Shown here in pieces: positions 1 through 12,119 of a stretch of 64,000 nt of DNA (its first letter is position 1; every line of letters begins with the position of its first letter). The DNA is from Asterias rubens (lineage: Eukaryota): positions 5,766,001-5,830,000 of the forward strand of contig NC_047066.1 in the NCBI RefSeq assembly GCF_902459465.1. Reading direction: 5' to 3'. The translations under genes were made by a program, and so were the position numbers. The notes below the pieces were generated by a model, which ran no database searches, was not told the origin of the DNA, and saw only the letters and a program-made list of their open reading frames with translations.

Positions 1-339
1 CAAAGCATTCACGTGCACTGCTGATCAAGTTGAATCACTTGAACATACTTAAAAAGTGTTTTGCTGAGCAACATTTAGTCTGGTACCGATAATGAACAGT
101 ACATCTGATGGTAATTTGGCTAATAATCCAATCCAAGCTGAAGTTTTCCAAGCTCAGCATGTTCATAAGATATCAAAGTTGCTGTCCAGTTAGCATAGTT
201 CCAAACACACTGTTCCATCTTGGACTTAACATTCAAGTTTAATCGTCAATCTTCTTTCATTGACTATCCATCCACCATGCTGCATATAGGCCCCGAGTGA
301 ATACACTTAGTTTACATTTTTAAATCATATTTCTCTTAA

Positions 340-717
340 AGGCAGTGGACACTATTGGTAATTACTCAAAATATTTATTGGCATAAAACCTTTCTTGGTG
401 ACGAGTAATGGGGAGAGGTTGATAGTATAAAACAATGTGAGAAACGACTCCCTCTGAAGTGCCATAGTTTTCGAGAAAGAAGTAATTTTCCACGAATTTG
501 ATTTCGAGACCTCAGGTTTAGAACTTGAGGTATCGAAATCAACCATCTAAACGCACACAACTTCGTGTGACAAGGGTGTTTTTTCTTTCATTATTATCTC
601 GCAAGTTTGATGACCGATTTAGCTCAAATTTTCACAGGTTTGTTCTTTTATGCACATGTTGAGAAACACCAACTGTGAAGGCTAGTCTTTGACAATTACC
701 AATAGTGTCCACTGCCT
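340..717. mobile_element. TTAA-flanked MITE, family A (Kolobok-like)
   Basis: TTAA|AGGCAGTGGACACTATTGGTAATT ... AATTACCAATAGTGTCCACTGCCT|TTAA. Inverted relative to the other copies. Confidence 0.9.
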
Positions 718-2064
718 TTAAGTTTATGTTCACCCATTTACTAAAATCATAACCAAATAAAACAAGGGTCCTAATGGAAATTTGCTGATTCAACATTTGT
801 TATCTTAGAAACCATTGACAACGTCACGTTTCCTATAATTACGTATAACTGTCTACCAAACTACCTAAACATTCTCTTTTCATAAATTAATCACGTGTAC
901 ATTTCCCTTGAGATATTTATATAACATACATTTTGTGTGGTTTTTCTTCAGAGGTATTTTTAAACATAATTGCGCATTGTGGCCATGCATTTAAATGTTA
1001 ACAATGCACGTTTATAGTGCATCACATGACGCATGCGTTGGCCATGACAATTACCCACTGACTTAATTGAGTTATAATGATGTATGCTTTTAGTGTATCA
1101 GTGTGAGACAGAGCTAAAAACATGCCGTCTGCCAAACCTTACCTCCGGTAAAAAAAAAACCCCAACTCTGGCAAGTGAGTGATATTAAGTGATCATTGTA
1201 ATCGCTCAATAAACAGACCGTGTTTGCCACAAGACAAAATTTGTTGAACTTCTCTGGTTATTTTCGCAATTTTTTTCATCGTACATGGACAAGTGCACTA
1301 ATGGGGCCACGGATGCACTAACAATACTAGAGAATAATTACAATAGCAGTGCAAACAGACTCTCAGCTTGAGGTTTTACTGAAGATCAAGAATAGCAAGT
1401 ATAAGATGTTGAGTTTGTTAGACCACCACCCATTATTTACAGAACCACTAGAAAATCACAATTGCTGGACTTTGCCTTTGGTAAATGTTGAACCTTGATC
1501 GACAAATCTTAAAGGGAGCACCTTTGTTTTAAAGAGAGGAAATTAATTTTCATCCAATACTTTTAAGGTAGACAATTAATTCCCATCCAGTAGGCCTACT
1601 TGAGAGGAAGTTAATTTCCGTCCACTATTTTAAAAAGAAGGAAATTATAATTCCCATCACACCACTTCTTTTAGGAGGGGAAGTTAATTCCCATCCACCA
1701 CTTTATCCGGTATTTTTAATATATACAGTTTCCACCCAACTGTGAACATCAACAAATGAAACTATGGATTTGGGTTTTGTTATAGATTGTGGCAATCACG
1801 ATTTGTAAATTTTATCAACTTTTACAGTAGGCGCTCCAGACGCTTTACAAACAGCTTGCTCATGGACAAAATAAAGAAAGTACTATAATATATGAAAACG
1901 TGATATGTTGTTTGAAAACTCCGTCTGAATTCAACCTCCTGATGGTGAGGGATGGGCTTCCCCAAATGATTTTCCTCAATTAATTAAAACTGAAAACTTA
2001 CTTGACCCTCTTCTCTCAACGTCTTCATCAAGTCTTTCTTATTATACTCAGGGTTATTTTGCTG

Positions 2065-2375
2065 CTGTGATCTTTTGAGAAATTGTTTGGTTTCATTAAT
2101 ATCCGAAAGACATCCACAAACAAATTAAAAACATGGACAACAATTTCCCCAATCCTTCTTGTTACACCATCTCCTCTCTGTATGCAGTGATCTTTTGAGT
2201 TCAAATTCTTTAGACATCCACAAACAAATTAACAACGTGGACAATACTTTCTCCAACCATTCTCCTCTTCAACTCTTACACTCTATTACAGGTTTTCGCT
2301 TGAGAAATTCTTTAGTTTCATTAACCGAAAGACATCCACAAACAAATTAACAACATGGACAATAATCTCCCAACC
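2065..2375. repeat. Degenerate 105-120-bp tandem triplication ending at the PAW exon donor
   Basis: AGACATCCACAAACAAATTAA.AAC.TGGACAA at about 2107, 2213 and 2330. Confidence 0.85.
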
Positions 2376-2380
2376 CTTAC

Positions 2381-2569
2381 CATCTCGTCTTCCTGTACTT
2401 GTCTGTGGATATTGACGGCTGCGTAGACGCCATTGTCCCAGCCTTGAATAGCGGCCGTTGTGGACCCAAGTCTGTAATACGCATCGTCCCAGCTGTGATA
2501 TCGTAGCTGGAATACCTGGCGTTCTATCTCGCTCTCTGTCAGAGTAAAGACGTGACTCTTTTGCAGCAG
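2381..2569 (-). CDS. Internal exon encoding the N-terminal half of an NGLY1-type PAW (mannose-binding) domain
   Basis: 189-nt phase 0/0 exon with acceptor ttttgtgtag and donor ATG|gtaagg. It translates without stops to LLQKSHVFTLTESEIERQVFQLRYHSWDDAYYRLGSTTAAIQGWDNGVYAAVNIHRQVQEDEM, matching the recalled NGLY1 PAW segment (LHLCYNIVKDRYVR...[24 protein letters not shown]). Too short for the ORF track. Confidence 0.8.
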
Positions 2570-2962
2570 CTACACAAAATAAAAGTGGTTTTTTTCCCTA
2601 TAAATTAATAGTGTAATAATAGACACATCGTTATGGGAGGGAAAAGACAAAATAATTGAAAGTTGCATCGCCCGATTTGTCACGGATTTTTTTTAAATTT
2701 TTTTTTAATACTTTTTTTCTCCAAACAAATTTTGACAGATGATGTTTTAAAAACATAAGACATAAAATGCTTTCGCGTTATACCAGATAAACGAGCAATA
2801 AATTATTTATAAACGCCAAAACACTCTGTATAAAATTGCATGATTGATTACGTAACTGCTGTTTGCGATTTATTGTCAGGTCCCAAAAATAATTCATTAT
2901 TTTGTATCCTTAAAATGTAACAGTCGTTGGCATATTCATCGTGTCACATGAAATATGAACTT

Positions 2963-3072
2963 AGGGTTGAGCAAAGATAAATTGACTAGAGCGAGATTTG
3001 AACCAACGACCTCCGGATTAATGTGCAGGGGCTCTATACCAACTGAGCCATCTATTATAGTTGGTGTCCATT
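2963..3072 (-). mobile_element. tRNA-derived SINE of a second family
   Basis: GGGTTGA.CAAAGA..AATTGACTAGAGCGAGATTTGAACC..CGACCTCCGG; related degenerate copies at about 33215-33400, 47200-47282 and 59522-59570. Confidence 0.7.
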
Positions 3073-3440
3073 TTGGTTAATAAATAATTGTTAATATCTT
3101 AATTTAAAATGACAGCAATTCAGGATAGTTTGCAGGACGATAATAACACACTCCCGTTTATATCAATTTGAGAACGAATGCTTCCGTATAGTTTATAAGA
3201 ATAGCAAGTGTAGCGGCCTACTGCTGTTTTTCGAGGAAATCTTGAGTCACAATACCATCAAGAGATGTAACCCATCCAAAAAAGAATGCTTGAAAATCCT
3301 AAGACAATGCATTGAAATCACTCCGCTGCGTCTATTCACTTAATCCAACAGCAGAGGACTGTATCTTTCTCTGCATACTGCCTTAAGTGGTTTGTGGACG
3401 TTTCCAATTAACTCGGATTAAATTTGAATCAACGAAAAAT

Positions 3441-3881
3441 CAACTGCAGTCATTTACGGCTATGGAACTCCCACAGTATTACATCACATAGTTATAATGC
3501 CATGTCTTTATGTAAAACCACCTTGAGTGCATCAGTAGTGCACTAAAACCAGTGATGAAATCGCATGGGACATTACTTCTCCATTTGGATGTTTATAATC
3601 GTTTTTGGCACACTCTGTAATTCAATCAAATTGTAGCTGATGTGGCTGCATGAAGACGAGTAAAAAATAAACTGCAGTCATTTACGGCTATGGAACTCCC
3701 ACAATATTGTATCACACAGTTATAATGCCATGTCTTTATGTAAAACCACCTTGAGTGCATCAGTGGTGTACTAAAACCAGTGATGAAATCGCTTGGGACA
3801 TTACTTCAAGCTTTTGGATGTTTATGATCGTTTTTGGCGCACTTTGTAATTCAATCAAATTGTAGCTGATGTGGCTGCATG
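3441..3881. repeat. 228-bp-period tandem duplication, 2 copies
   Basis: AACTGCAGTCATTTACGGCTATGG...GATGTGGCTGCATG starting at about 3442 and 3670. Confidence 0.95.
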
Positions 3882-6800
3882 GGGGCGAGTGTGTTCGCGT
3901 GTCACCTTTGATTCACTTTAATGCAGGAGGGAAACACTACTCGGATTAAATGCACTGTGGATAAGTTTTGCAGCTGCCATCTTTGAAAGCTCCAACTGGA
4001 AAATGATATATTGTATACATAACCTCTTCAGACTCGTATACTTTAAACTTGGTAATTACTCAAAAATTGTTAGCATGAAAACTTACCGTATGAGCAATGG
4101 AGAGCTGTTGTTTAAAAAAAAAAAACATTGCGAGAAAAATCTCGCTCCGAAGTAACGTAGTTTTTGAGAAAGAGGTAACCCCTCCCTCAAATAATAAAAG
4201 ATTCGGGCCCGATGCCATTTTATTATATTAAGCATCTGAAAGCACACACATTAATTTGTATAACAAGTTTGTTAAATTTCATTCTTTTGTAACCGACTGG
4301 GGTTGACCAATTGAGTCCTAAATTTCACCGGCGGTTTTTATGCAAAATGTTGGGATACACCAAGTAAGAACACTGTCTTTCATATATACCAAACATGTCC
4401 AGTGCCTTTACACTATTAAAGAGGTAATGTACGAGTATATACACAAGGGGTACAGTGCTGTCTGTCAACAAAAATTATTATATACGTTTTTTGAGACTCT
4501 CTCGAGAACAATTACGTTGGCCTACCGTCTACTCGACAAATAACCTGCTCGTCCAATTGGATGTAATTTGATTTATGGTCAGTTGGTTAGATTAATCTTG
4601 GCCCCAAATGTACACAGTATCCTTGTGGGGTAATCATTATAGGTTGAGGTTTGCACTAATCATTGCAAGAGTTCACCATACAACAACGACACTAAATAGT
4701 TGTCAAGGATTTGAGAGAACGCCGAAAACGAAACTGTTTTAGTGTTTTCGCACAATTTGACAATAGGTTCAGACGGGAATCATTCTACAGGTCCAAGGAC
4801 AATATTGATAATGTAAGACTTTGCTTTACGCGGTGTACAATAACCAATTGCAAAGGCTATACCACAATGACCATCTGCGATGAGAGGCGAGTTTAATAGG
4901 GCTGCTTAAACACTGAGCCACGTTATTTTTGATAGACTGAAGTTGAAACAAAAATGCAGGAAACCATGCAGTCTTTTGCAAGGTGAAGGTGACAGCACTT
5001 GGCTGGTAAACTTCTAGAAGGGTCCAATTTCATAAAACAAATAAGCATACAATATTAGCTAAGCAACGAACTTGCGTAACAGAAACTGGTCACCAGCTAA
5101 AATTACGTAAAGTTTACATTGTTGCAACTGGTACCCCACTCATATTTTACATAGCGAAGGAGTGTAGCAGCATTGTCTACTTAATTTTATAAAAAAGGGC
5201 CCTGGGATGGTAGCGTCAGCTCTTATGAAATTGGGGCTGTCATAATTTTTGAGCTTAGTTTTATCATTATTACTATATTTTTGATGTGAAGAAGTTTCAC
5301 TTTGTAGGGTATGTCTCTTTAAAAATGCCTTTATTTGTGAGTTTTGTTCCTGTGGTGAAATTTGTAATTATTCTTCTTTTATAAAAATGTCTGTCATTGT
5401 GTATCTGTTCATCTGCCTGGCTTTAATGGAGAAACCCCTATTATCATTATCATGATCAAATCAGCTGAATATAGTGACTTGCTCATGACGTCATTGACGG
5501 CCATCTTTGATGAAAAGTGAAAACGTGCGCCCACGACTCTCGGCCAATGAAATCCTTTCATGCGTATGTTTTACAATATGGCGGCCGAATTCAAGGGGTC
5601 TTAATAGACCTTTCTATGGTTGATAAACAAACTGCTCTTGCTTGTATTTTTCCTGCCTTTGTTGTGTATTTTTTGGCGGAATGTCAGCAAAGCATTCAAT
5701 AAACAGACGTTGAGTCCTAGTTCAACATTTCTGCAAACTTTTAATTAATGAAAATATAACCCATGATTGTTTCATTTGTTTCGACAAACTCGACACTTGT
5801 TTTGAACAGAAGTATTTGTGTGTACGTCACAGCCCGACTTGTCCCATAAGAATAAAAAGCAAAAACAGATATCAAAGTGTGTAACAAACTGCACAAAATA
5901 ACATTCAACAATCTAAATATTTAAACAATTTGTTTTGGTTGAAAGTTTGCAGAAGTGTTGAACATTTGAATACTTTGCTCATTTATGGTGGTTATAGTAT
6001 CAACGAAATAAATAATTAAATTAATTTATTGCCACATGCCATGCTGCTTCAGACGACACAGCTTCTTCAGGCTAACGATTTTTGTTTCTGTTATCATATG
6101 CCGTGCAGCAACGTGTATCAAATCATTTGCATCGATTTAAGTGTATAGAATTAATTATACAATTACAAACATTTAACTTTTTTCTCCCGCTGCGCATTAC
6201 GTTGGAAGGTTGTACTTTTGGTAATCACCAATAAAATGAATGGCAATAAACAAACTATGGGTAGCAGCCCAATACGTATATTATACAGCAGCTTTCTATA
6301 ATAAAGCATTATGGATTACTATTTCGCTTCGAAGTATTGTGGTAATTTAAAAGAATATACAAAAAAAAATTATCCAGGGAGAATATCCTAATGGTTCTTG
6401 GAATATCAGTCCAATGGCCCACAATTCGAATTTGAGAAGTGATTTAGTATTCCTATAGAGATTATTCTTCCTGCTGCATGGACAAAATTCGCTCCGGATT
6501 TTCGGCGATATCTAAAAAAAAACGCGGCCACCTTTTGAAATGAAATGTTCACATAAATAGACGACCACGGTGTCGTATACGTCTACATTAATTGGGATTA
6601 AAACAATTGAACAGTTCAAATAAACCATATATATATATATAGGGGCCAAAACTTCGCCTTTAAGTCACGGGATAAAGGGTTCATAGAAAGTACATTCTTC
6701 AGGTGACAAAGCAAATATCTCCGCACGTATTCTACAGAGTTGCATGATGGCTATAATTGTAATAATAAACGTCAGCAATTTCGTGACATTATCTCATCCC

Positions 6801-7032
6801 ATCTTATCCACTCCATCACGATTATGAATAATTCTAGCAATTCATCAAAATTAAAATCAGTGTGGATATTAAGACCGACAATCGAGACCCTAGTTATAAC
6901 TATATTGTTTTTCAAATAATATCATATTATTTTCTAATCAATTATTCTTAAGTCGTGTATTATAAAGACAGAATTAATGCAATGTTTATCTTTCTCATTA
7001 AAAACTGATTAAACAAATTAAAATCGTCTTAA

Positions 7033-7391
7033 AGCCATTGGACCCTTTCGGTAAACAGTATTGTCCAAGGCCCACACTTTGTGTATCACAACTTATATTT
7101 AAAATAACAAACCTATGAAAATTTAGGCTCAATCGGTCATCGGAGTCGGGAGAAAATAACGGGAAAACCCACCCTTGTATCCGCACGTGTCATGACATAA
7201 TATTATTATTGTATTTAAAATAAATCCGTAATTCTCGATATCGAGAATTGATATTGTTTTACTGTTTTCTCAAAAAGTAAAGCATTTCATGGAATAATAT
7301 TTCAATGGAAGTCTTTCCCCACCAATTCTGTAAACCCTGTATGGTTATTTGTAAATCTGTGAACTTTCTTTCTGTATAAGGTCCAATGGCT
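7033..7391. mobile_element. TTAA-flanked MITE, family B (Kolobok-like)
   Basis: TTAA|AGCCATTGGACC ... GGTCCAATGGCT|TTAA. Related copies at 47941-48303 (opposite orientation, complete) and 25126-about 25404 (partial). Confidence 0.88.
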
Positions 7392-8413
7392 TTAACAGGG
7401 GAGAGCATAACATAGTTTCAAGCTTTGATTCATTTTTTTATTCATTTTTTTGCCGGGGGAAAATCTTAAAATAATTTATTCCGAAAGCTTTTTGTGTATA
7501 CAAATTATGTTATGTTATGTGTTCTCCTCGGGTTAATGTTTTTTCTCGCTTTACAATTCAGTAAACACAAAAAAAATAACACCCCAAAAACATATTTTTG
7601 AATTTTAACAGGGCTTAATAAACTCACACTAATTTTGGATGGCAACAACGTCGAACGTCCATCAAACTATGAAAGTTCGAGAAATAATCCCTTCTCATGC
7701 ATGATAGGCACTATACTCATGGGATCACTGTAATAGGCAAGTCTTTTATAACTTATCAACTTCACTTTTCTGTAAAATGTGAGCTCCTTTGGGTGTTAGT
7801 TTTTTTTCTTAAGTAGCTTATCTTTTAAACCGCTCGACCATAATCCATGTAAAATGGTCACCAAAGGATAATCCGCGATATTCGTTCCGATCATAGAACA
7901 ATGTATTCCTTCTAAAACATCACAGGCCTAGCCTATACTCCGATCAGTGACGTAATTAAGGGGTACCACATGTCTGTGCCCCCCCCCCCCATGTACACTA
8001 CATTTGGGATTTTCACCTTTTTATATTAAAAATTACAAGAAAAAAACATGCCGTATATATTATAAGCTTTTATGCAGTAATTTCTTGGTTTCAGACATGA
8101 GATTGTTCATCATGTCAGATTGTAGTTGTATTATAAAGAGCGCTGAAAATGGGCTTGCTTAAGAACAGATGCCAACGGAAACTGCAGTTTCAATTGGCCA
8201 TTTACAACAAAAACACTTCCGTAATTGTTTCATCTCGGCCGAACGTACTACATTGTACATGTTTTGAATAGCCAGAACATCTCTTATATAGGTCTTATCG
8301 TCACCACTTCAAGTTCAAGACATTATATAAAAGCAGCATGTTGTAACTTGTTTGTCATAAAAACTACTTGTTATGAACCCATTAATAATTCAATTAGTCA
8401 AAGACAAACTTAC

Positions 8414-10273
8414 CTCGTCTTCAACTTTTTTCGAGGGGACAGAATCTGAACAGAGAAAAAAATGAGATAGGTGTTATAAAATAAATGTTTAGTTTTTTAA
8501 ACAAAGCACTTTACAATAAAAGATATGCGATCGAAGATATTATGTTTACTTTTTGTGGAACTCCATCAGACGTACATTCTGTTTATTTATAGCTATACAA
8601 AGGTTAGCCCACCTTGTTGAGCTGTAATGGCTCCGCTTTTAACATCGGTCTCATCACTGTCACCATTACATCCCACCTTCGATAGATGTCTTAAACGCTA
8701 AGTTTTCAAAGACGCAAAATGCGAGGTAGTTTGATTGCAAATTTCTCCCATTTAAAAAAGTCCTATACTACTCCAACATACCTCATTTTATTAAAACATG
8801 GCGGCGCCCAAGAACATGTCACATTTTTTGTACACGTTTTTTTGGACCAATTTTCAAATCAATCACATCTGGACAAAGTCATCATTTAGTAACCCCTGTT
8901 TGTGTTATAGTAATTCCACAGATGTAAGGAATAAAATGAGGTATGTTGGAGTAGTATAGGACTTTTTTAAATGGGAGAAATTTGCAATCAAACTACATCG
9001 CATTTTGCGTCTTTGAAAACTTAGCGTTTAAGACATGTATCGAAGGTGGGCTGTAATGGTGACAGTGATGAGACCGATGTTAAAAGCGGAGCCATTACAG
9101 CTCAACAAGGTGGGCTATACAAAGGTGTGCGAGTGGGTTTCCTTTATTGGCACCTAAATCGTTATTGAGGAAATATGAAATCTAGTTCAGATCGACCACC
9201 TGGGTTTGGTGGAATCAGTGTACGTTTTGTGAGCAGAGGCAATTTAATTAGTATATTTTAACGGGTTTTTTTTTTTGCAATCCGCATGAATACAACAAAT
9301 TTGGTATCAATATATAGGCATTAAGACTGCAGTATATAAAAACCGTTCGAGGTGGATTAATAACAAAAACAATTTATTGCACTCACATGATTTCGCACTT
9401 TAGGAACTATTCAGAATTAGTAAATTAATGTTAATATATTTAGATTTTTTAAAGTTGTAATATACGACGTGGCCTGACATGTGACCTGACACACACCCAC
9501 GCAACCCACCCACAATTTTCATATTGAATGGCTTCACACCGATCCGAAGAACAAAATAATGTGTTAAAATAAAATAAAAATGTTTTAGATCAAAGGTCTC
9601 CAACACCAGTAGTTATCAACAGCTTTCCTGGCTTAAACAAACACCTTTTGTTCTAGTTTAATCCAAAATGAAGTTGAAGATCTTGTCCAGTGTGCTCTTT
9701 TGTCTTCCCTTTCGTTTCCCCAACAGAATTTCGATTTTCACTGTTATAGGCCCCATACGTTTGACCGGACCCACCCGCACCCACCCACAATTTCAGGGCA
9801 AACAAAATCGAACGGTCCTTGTGTATAAACCATGACGATCAATAAGAACAAAAAGTCGGCTAAACACTGAAATCATAATATTATTTTGTTCACGAAGATT
9901 GCCTGGAAGTTGTTTCCCGAGCTGCCTCGTGTGATGAGTGGCACGGTCCCTATATATTTCACCTACTTTATATAAAAGTTTACCTCTTGGTCGGGGTTTC
10001 ATGGAGTCAACACCAGCTCTATTCGGAAAGTCGTTTCTCCTCTTTCCTTTCATTACGTGGCTTTTCTAATAGAAGAAGTCGAGTGACTGTGGCTTTTTTT
10101 TTTTACCCTGACTTTGTTTGTCTCACAATAAAAAGTTTAGGCTTACCTCTTGGTCGGAGTTTCATGGAGTCAACACCAGGTCGGAGTTTCATGGAGTCAA
10201 CACCAGCTCTATTCGGAAAGTCGTTTCTCCTCTTTCCTTTCATTACGTGGCTTTTATGATAGGTGAAGTCATC
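8414..10273 (-). CDS. Putative small upstream exons of the PAW-domain gene (8414-8445; duplicated 9984-10065 and 10147-10273)
   Basis: The 32-nt exon 8414-8445 (ttctctgttcag|...GAG|gtaagt) reads phase 1 to phase 0, DSVPSKKVEDE. The two near-identical exons (MKGKRRNDFPNRAGVDSMK..RPR) end in G|gtaa, phase 1. The phases chain correctly into the 2381-2569 exon. No homology recognised. Confidence 0.4.
8605..9117. mobile_element. Non-autonomous foldback DNA transposon with 188-bp TIRs and 9-bp TSD (Academ- or Mutator-like)
   Basis: Near-perfect inverted arms 8605-8792 and 8930-9117, termini TAGCCCACC...GGTGGGCTA, TSD TACAAAGGT at 8596-8604 and 9118-9126. Confidence 0.9.
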
Positions 10274-11434
10274 CTAAGACTGAGCTCGCTGATGATAGTC
10301 CTATAACCGTCTGAAACAAAATAAAAGTATAACATTTCATCCACTTATTAATTAACTTCCGTCGTGTGGTAGTAGGCCTACATGGATGCAACAACTAGCT
10401 CAGTCTAAAAATACACTCCGAGGAACATAGAAAGTGGTGTTTCGATGCCAAGCGTGATTGGGTTTTTTGTTATGCGGGGGGGGGGGGATGGTTAATGTGT
10501 CGATTTTTTTTTAACCCATTATATTTAATTATTCATCCCTCCCTCTCATGCTTCAATGCTTGGATAAGAGCGCGTTACGTGATCATGTTTTATTTTACCT
10601 GAGTTAACCCATACTACCACCTCCATGGTTAATCCATCAACCATGCATGTAAGCTCAGCCCATAGCAAACAATGTACATGTATATTTTTACCCAGTCATA
10701 GCAACCAGCAATGGCTTAACCATGCATTTAAGTATGAAGGTCAAAGACGTTTTTGTTGTTGTTGTTTTGGGTTTTTTTTGACTTTTTTATTAGGCCCTAT
10801 TATTTACATTGTATACAATGGGCTTCTTATTTTGTGGGGGATTTAGTTTTAGTGTTGGCATTATTGGTTGCGAGTGTGTGTACATGTAGACCAATGATGT
10901 GTTTTTGTGTGACTAGTTTCACAAAAATTGTAATACCCCTGCCCGTAAAAAATACTCTGCTGTAACACAATCCAATTACGAAGACACAATAGGGGTGATC
11001 AATTAGCACAATGGGTACGTCCTGCGCGCGCGGGAACAGCAAACCGCCACACACAGCTTGACAACATCAAAGGAGAGCGTTTGGTTGGATAGCATGCGTG
11101 TGGTGGCCGTAGCCTGCTCAAAAGAATAATATTCATGTACACACGTGTAATTTACATGTACAGTATAAACACAATTAAAGTAACTTTTTGGCAATTAATG
11201 TTTGAACAAAAAAACTGGAGGTTATTTTGTATAACTATCTTATGATCACATATAAAGCAGGCATAGAAGGGAAAAGTATGACAAAGGGCAACAAATGGCA
11301 AAACTTAAAAATAAGTAGGTGGAACAGTTTAGTTTAAATCCATTCGTTGCTCAATTTGTAAAAGTTGTTTTTATAAAGGCCTAGGCCCTAGCTACAACTT
11401 TTACCTCAGTCCAATCAAAATTTCCCACCATTAA

Positions 11435-11802
11435 AGGCAGTGGACACTATTGGTAATTGTCAAAGACTCGACTAGCCTTCACAGTTGGTGTATAAATAAA
11501 TAACAAACCTGTGAAAATTGGTCATCGAGAGTTGCGCGATAATAATGAAAGAAAAAAACAACATTGTCACACGAAGTTGTGTGCTTTCAGATTCTTGATT
11601 TCTAGACCCCAAGTTCGAAATCTGAGGTCTCGAAATCAAATTCGTGGAAAATTACTTCTTTCTTTCTCAAAAACTATGGCACTTCAGAGGGAGCCGTTTC
11701 TCACAATGTTTTATACCATCAACCTCTCCCCATTACTCGTTTACCAAGTAAGGTTTTATGATTATAATTATTATGAGTAACTACCAACAGTGTCCACTGC
11801 CT
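11435..11802. mobile_element. Family A MITE copy
   Basis: Same TIRs, TTAA on both sides and the same internal sequence as 340-717. Confidence 0.9.
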
Positions 11803-11813
11803 TTAAAACATAC

Positions 11814-12073
11814 TTATTTTATTTCTAATTCCTCGAACCATGTTGAAACTGCTCTTTCGTTTATTAAAATAAAATACCAGCTAGCCTTAAAAATAAAATA
11901 AACTAAACAAACAGCTCAGTAATCTCTTTTTTGAATATGTGGTTTATTTTATTTCTAATTCCTCGAACCATGTTGAAACTGCTCTTTCGTTTATTAAAAT
12001 AAAATGCCAGCTAGCCTTAAAAATAAAATAAACTAAACAGACAGCTCAGTAATCTCTTTTTTGAATATGTGGT
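11814..12073. repeat. 130-bp tandem duplication directly 3' of the H2B stem-loop
   Basis: Copies 11814-11943 and 11944-12073 differ at 2 positions. Confidence 0.97.
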
Positions 12074-12089
12074 GGCTCTGAAAAGAGCC
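12074..12089 (-). terminator. Histone 3' stem-loop of H2B with downstream element (U7 site)
   Basis: GGCTCTTTTCAGAGCC followed by ACCACATATT-CAAAAAAGAGAT. Confidence 0.97.
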
Positions 12090-12119
12090 GGTTGGTTTTT
12101 TGGCGTACAAATACACCGT

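Noticed and set aside
352-546. Recurrent short ORFs with DFETSSSKxEVSKSNSWKITSF (also 11511, 14514, 14961, 19016, 35166)
   Set aside because: All are the internal sequence of the family A MITE; no transposase motif.
3551-3640. C/D-box snoRNA-like pattern (GTGATGA ... CTGA, about 90 nt) in both copies of the 228-bp duplication
   Set aside because: Terminal stem is only 2 bp, no D'/C' boxes or recognisable rRNA antisense element, and it is antisense to the host intron.
6030-6075. Second hammerhead-like start (minus CTGAAGA-A-GCTG...CAGC) followed by AATAAA
   Set aside because: No GAAA or cleavage triplet after stem II; at best a very decayed relic.
7628-7727. Exon-like 100-nt segment on the minus strand with good splice sites
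   Set aside because: Stops in all three frames; could only be a non-coding or poison exon, and nothing supports its use.
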